From NCBI GenBank assembly GCA_031414595.1, contig JANNVX010000051.1:1-47724 (forward strand): a DNA stretch of 47,724 nt. Reading direction: 5' to 3'. The first letter of the stretch is position 1; each line of letters opens with the position of its first letter. The notes under the pieces are model-generated. The model did no database searches, was not told the DNA's origin, and worked only from the letters and a program-made list of their open reading frames with translations. Source of the DNA: Deinococcales bacterium (GTDB taxonomy: Bacteria; Deinococcota; Deinococci; Deinococcales; JAAFIG01). The position numbers were made by a program, and so were the translations under genes. Shown here piece after piece: positions 46,701 through 47,724 of the stretch.

Positions 46701-47446
46701 AAACGGGCTTCTTCGGCAAATAAATCTAAGCCCCCACGTAATTTTAGTTCTAAAGTAGCAAAACGCCCAGCCGTACCACGGCGCTGGAACACTCCACCAA
46801 AACGCCCCATCAGCCCCCGAAGTTGTGCCTCGAGCGAATCTGGATGTTGCATTGCGGGAAGGCGCAAGGCTTTCCACAGGCTTGTACCCCCAAAACTTGG
46901 TTGCCCATCCAAAAAAGATTCGAGACTCGAGATGACACTGCGGTAAGCACTAGAACTTGAAATCACTTCGTCTTCAAATAAATCTTTGTAGGGCGTAAAG
47001 GCTGGATTGTTGTTCTCGAGCCAAAGCAGCAGCATTTCCTCGAGCAGAATTTCTTTGTTGGCAGGGTTGGCTAGGTAGTCCCCCTGTTTTTGCTGCCCTT
47101 TATACACAGGGGTTGGCGGGAATTCTTGGGTAAAACGCGCCAAGGTTGCTTCTAAGCGGTCGCCGTACTGGGTTCGGAGTGCCTCGAGTGCTTCTTGCCA
47201 GAGTCTTGGAGCATGATTCTCGCGGTATTCGAGCAGTATGCCGTGCAGCACCTCGTCTATTAAGCCCATGGCGTTGATGTCGCCGGCTCTGGCATTGCGC
47301 CCCGGCGTGACCGCGTTGAGGGTCGCCGCAAAGCGCCGGGCTGCCGCAAAATCGGCGAAAATCACCCGACCAGAAGTGGTGAACAACGCCTCATCAAAAT
47401 TATGGCGGTCACGGACAGAACCAAGAATGTGAAACTCGAGCATCAT
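43703..47446 (-). CDS. GH13 alpha-amylase-family protein with Lys-rich linker and C-terminal helix-hairpin-helix domain
   Basis: DMVPNH, IRFDAA, LLAEAFW, SNPDE catalytic-region motifs; KKPKKTA low-complexity tract; DDLTRIEGIGPKIA HhH motif. Confidence 0.9.
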   Translation of the reverse strand: MMLEFHILGSVRDRHNFDEALFTTSGRVIFADFAAARRFAATLNAVTPGRNARAGDINAMGLIDEVLHGILLEYRENHAPRLWQEALEALRTQYGDRLEATLARFTQEFPPTPVYKGQQKQGDYLANPANKEILLEEMLLLWLENNNPAFTPYKDLFEDEVISSSSAYRSVISSLESFLDGQPSFGGTSLWKALRLPAMQHPDSLEAQLRGLMGRFGGVFQRRGTAGRFATLELKLRGGLDLFAEEARFFVAQNVREFGGGSEFKAEAQIRSVSRQMLMDEPEAFTLDQNWMPRVVLMAKNAFVWLDQLSKQYKQEIRTLNQIPDAELENMARWGITGLWLIGLWERSAASKEIKHRMGNPDAVASAYSLWDYSIARALGGDAALENLKARAWRYGIRMASDMVPNHTGIDSKWMAEHPDWFLQRTESPYPSYTYDSQNLSTDKRMQVFLEDHYYDKSDAAVTFKYVSQNGQTRIIYHGNDGTSLPWNDTAQLDYMNPAAREAVIQTIFRVARQFPIIRFDAAMTLAKRHIKRLWFPEPGSGEGIASRNEYGMTREEFDQIMPNEFWREVVDRAATEVPDTLLLAEAFWMMEGYFVRTLGMHRVYNSAFMVMLRDERNAEYRDVIKNTLEFEPEILKRYVNFLSNPDEKTAVEQFGKTDKYFGIMTLCATLPGLPMLGHGQVEGYTEKYGMEYQRAYYDEKPDLGFMAHHQTQIFPLLKKRYLFAEVEHFALFEVNHDHVFAFSNRSSFERALVFYNNSTHYANVTVNSCLYSERASGIVEALQLSNKSNQFVIYRDNVSNLEYIKNSLKLGQAGFQIELGAYGRAVLLDWREVADTDGRYARLEQMLGGRGVEHIETAVQELYLEKILTPWNDLVNSSHARALLEPTALLFGEFEAKAKALSDGIELHTKKELSGDMFAVGLRSDLEGIKASTAEIALEQLALATLKRVAILTEAAPQAVAAEWLLERQLTRAFRDLSNGYAQRSAARVLLLTANLEALEEAKTSADLIEFLILDVNSDLAIGLNTFETKRYVNAEAFAQWVVSASRNSSQSKLLETTEAAVVDNGYCLDFPVSPSKKVAKASKKTVTKKPKKTAIAKPKKPAKTTKKKVATPAPSSSRKGVLVTTKTKATTKPTIAKSKPSVGATELPATGGNPVQAPDDLTRIEGIGPKIASALIAANITTFSVLAAADNATLKTAIQAAKIRLAPSLETWAEQASLLARGDEVGFAALTDSLVAGRKAKKTKR

Positions 47447-47649
47447 GAGAGGTACGATACCAAAAAAGGTTAGGGGTTTGTGATTGCGGCTACACTAAAC
47501 AATTTACGGCGCAAACCAGAGACTACGGACTCCACGACAAAACACCTTTCGGTACTCGCATAGCTCGCCAATGTCCGACACCGCACTAAGGAACTGTCCA
47601 AGAATAACTTCCTGATTTCAAATAGACCAAAAACAGACAATTGGTCACA

Positions 47650-47723
47650 GGGCGGACACGGGGGTCCGCCCCTACCTGACGTATTTTTATGGATTTTGTA
47701 GGGACAGACCCCTGTGTCTGTCC
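47650..47723. repeat. Inverted pair of GTAG-family REP hairpins (REPIN/BIME-like)
   Basis: Minus strand GTAG-GGGCGGAC-N6-GTCCGCCC (47675-47650); plus strand GTAG-GGACAGAC-N6-GTCTGTCC (47698-47723). Confidence 0.8.
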
Positions 47724-47724
47724 T

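Noticed and set aside
47497-47600. c-di-GMP riboswitch or 6S/SRP RNA
   Set aside because: GCAAACC is present, but I could not find the paired stems or other conserved motifs by eye.

Overview
Gene-dense bacterial chromosome segment of about 45-50% GC by eye. It is most consistent with Deinococcota: many genes have a TANNNT -10 box 5-7 nt before the start codon, and there is a 4169-aa TamB and a Skp. The left edge is probably an rRNA operon promoter and leader (TTGACA-17-TACATT, hairpin, boxA) reading out of the window. It holds about 32 CDSs, including folC, dppABC-like, pckA, an M29 aminopeptidase, a sulfite-oxidase-family enzyme, tamB, skp, ilvC, sua5 and a GH13-HhH fusion. The strongest signal is compositional. 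The palindrome CTCGAG occurs about 7 times per kb (43 hand-counted in the first 6 kb, versus about 1.5 expected), in all reading frames and between genes, while GGCC and GATC are strongly avoided. Other points of interest are an exported heme-c / Cu-site lipoprotein / beta-propeller-diheme cluster, twin divergent ECF-like promoters, a toxin-antitoxin locus with a mostly deleted toxin, a 580-aa duplication inside TamB, GTAG-type REP hairpins and a heptamer repeat family. No CRISPR array, tRNA or intact transposase was seen. All calls come from manual motif reading, with no database searches.
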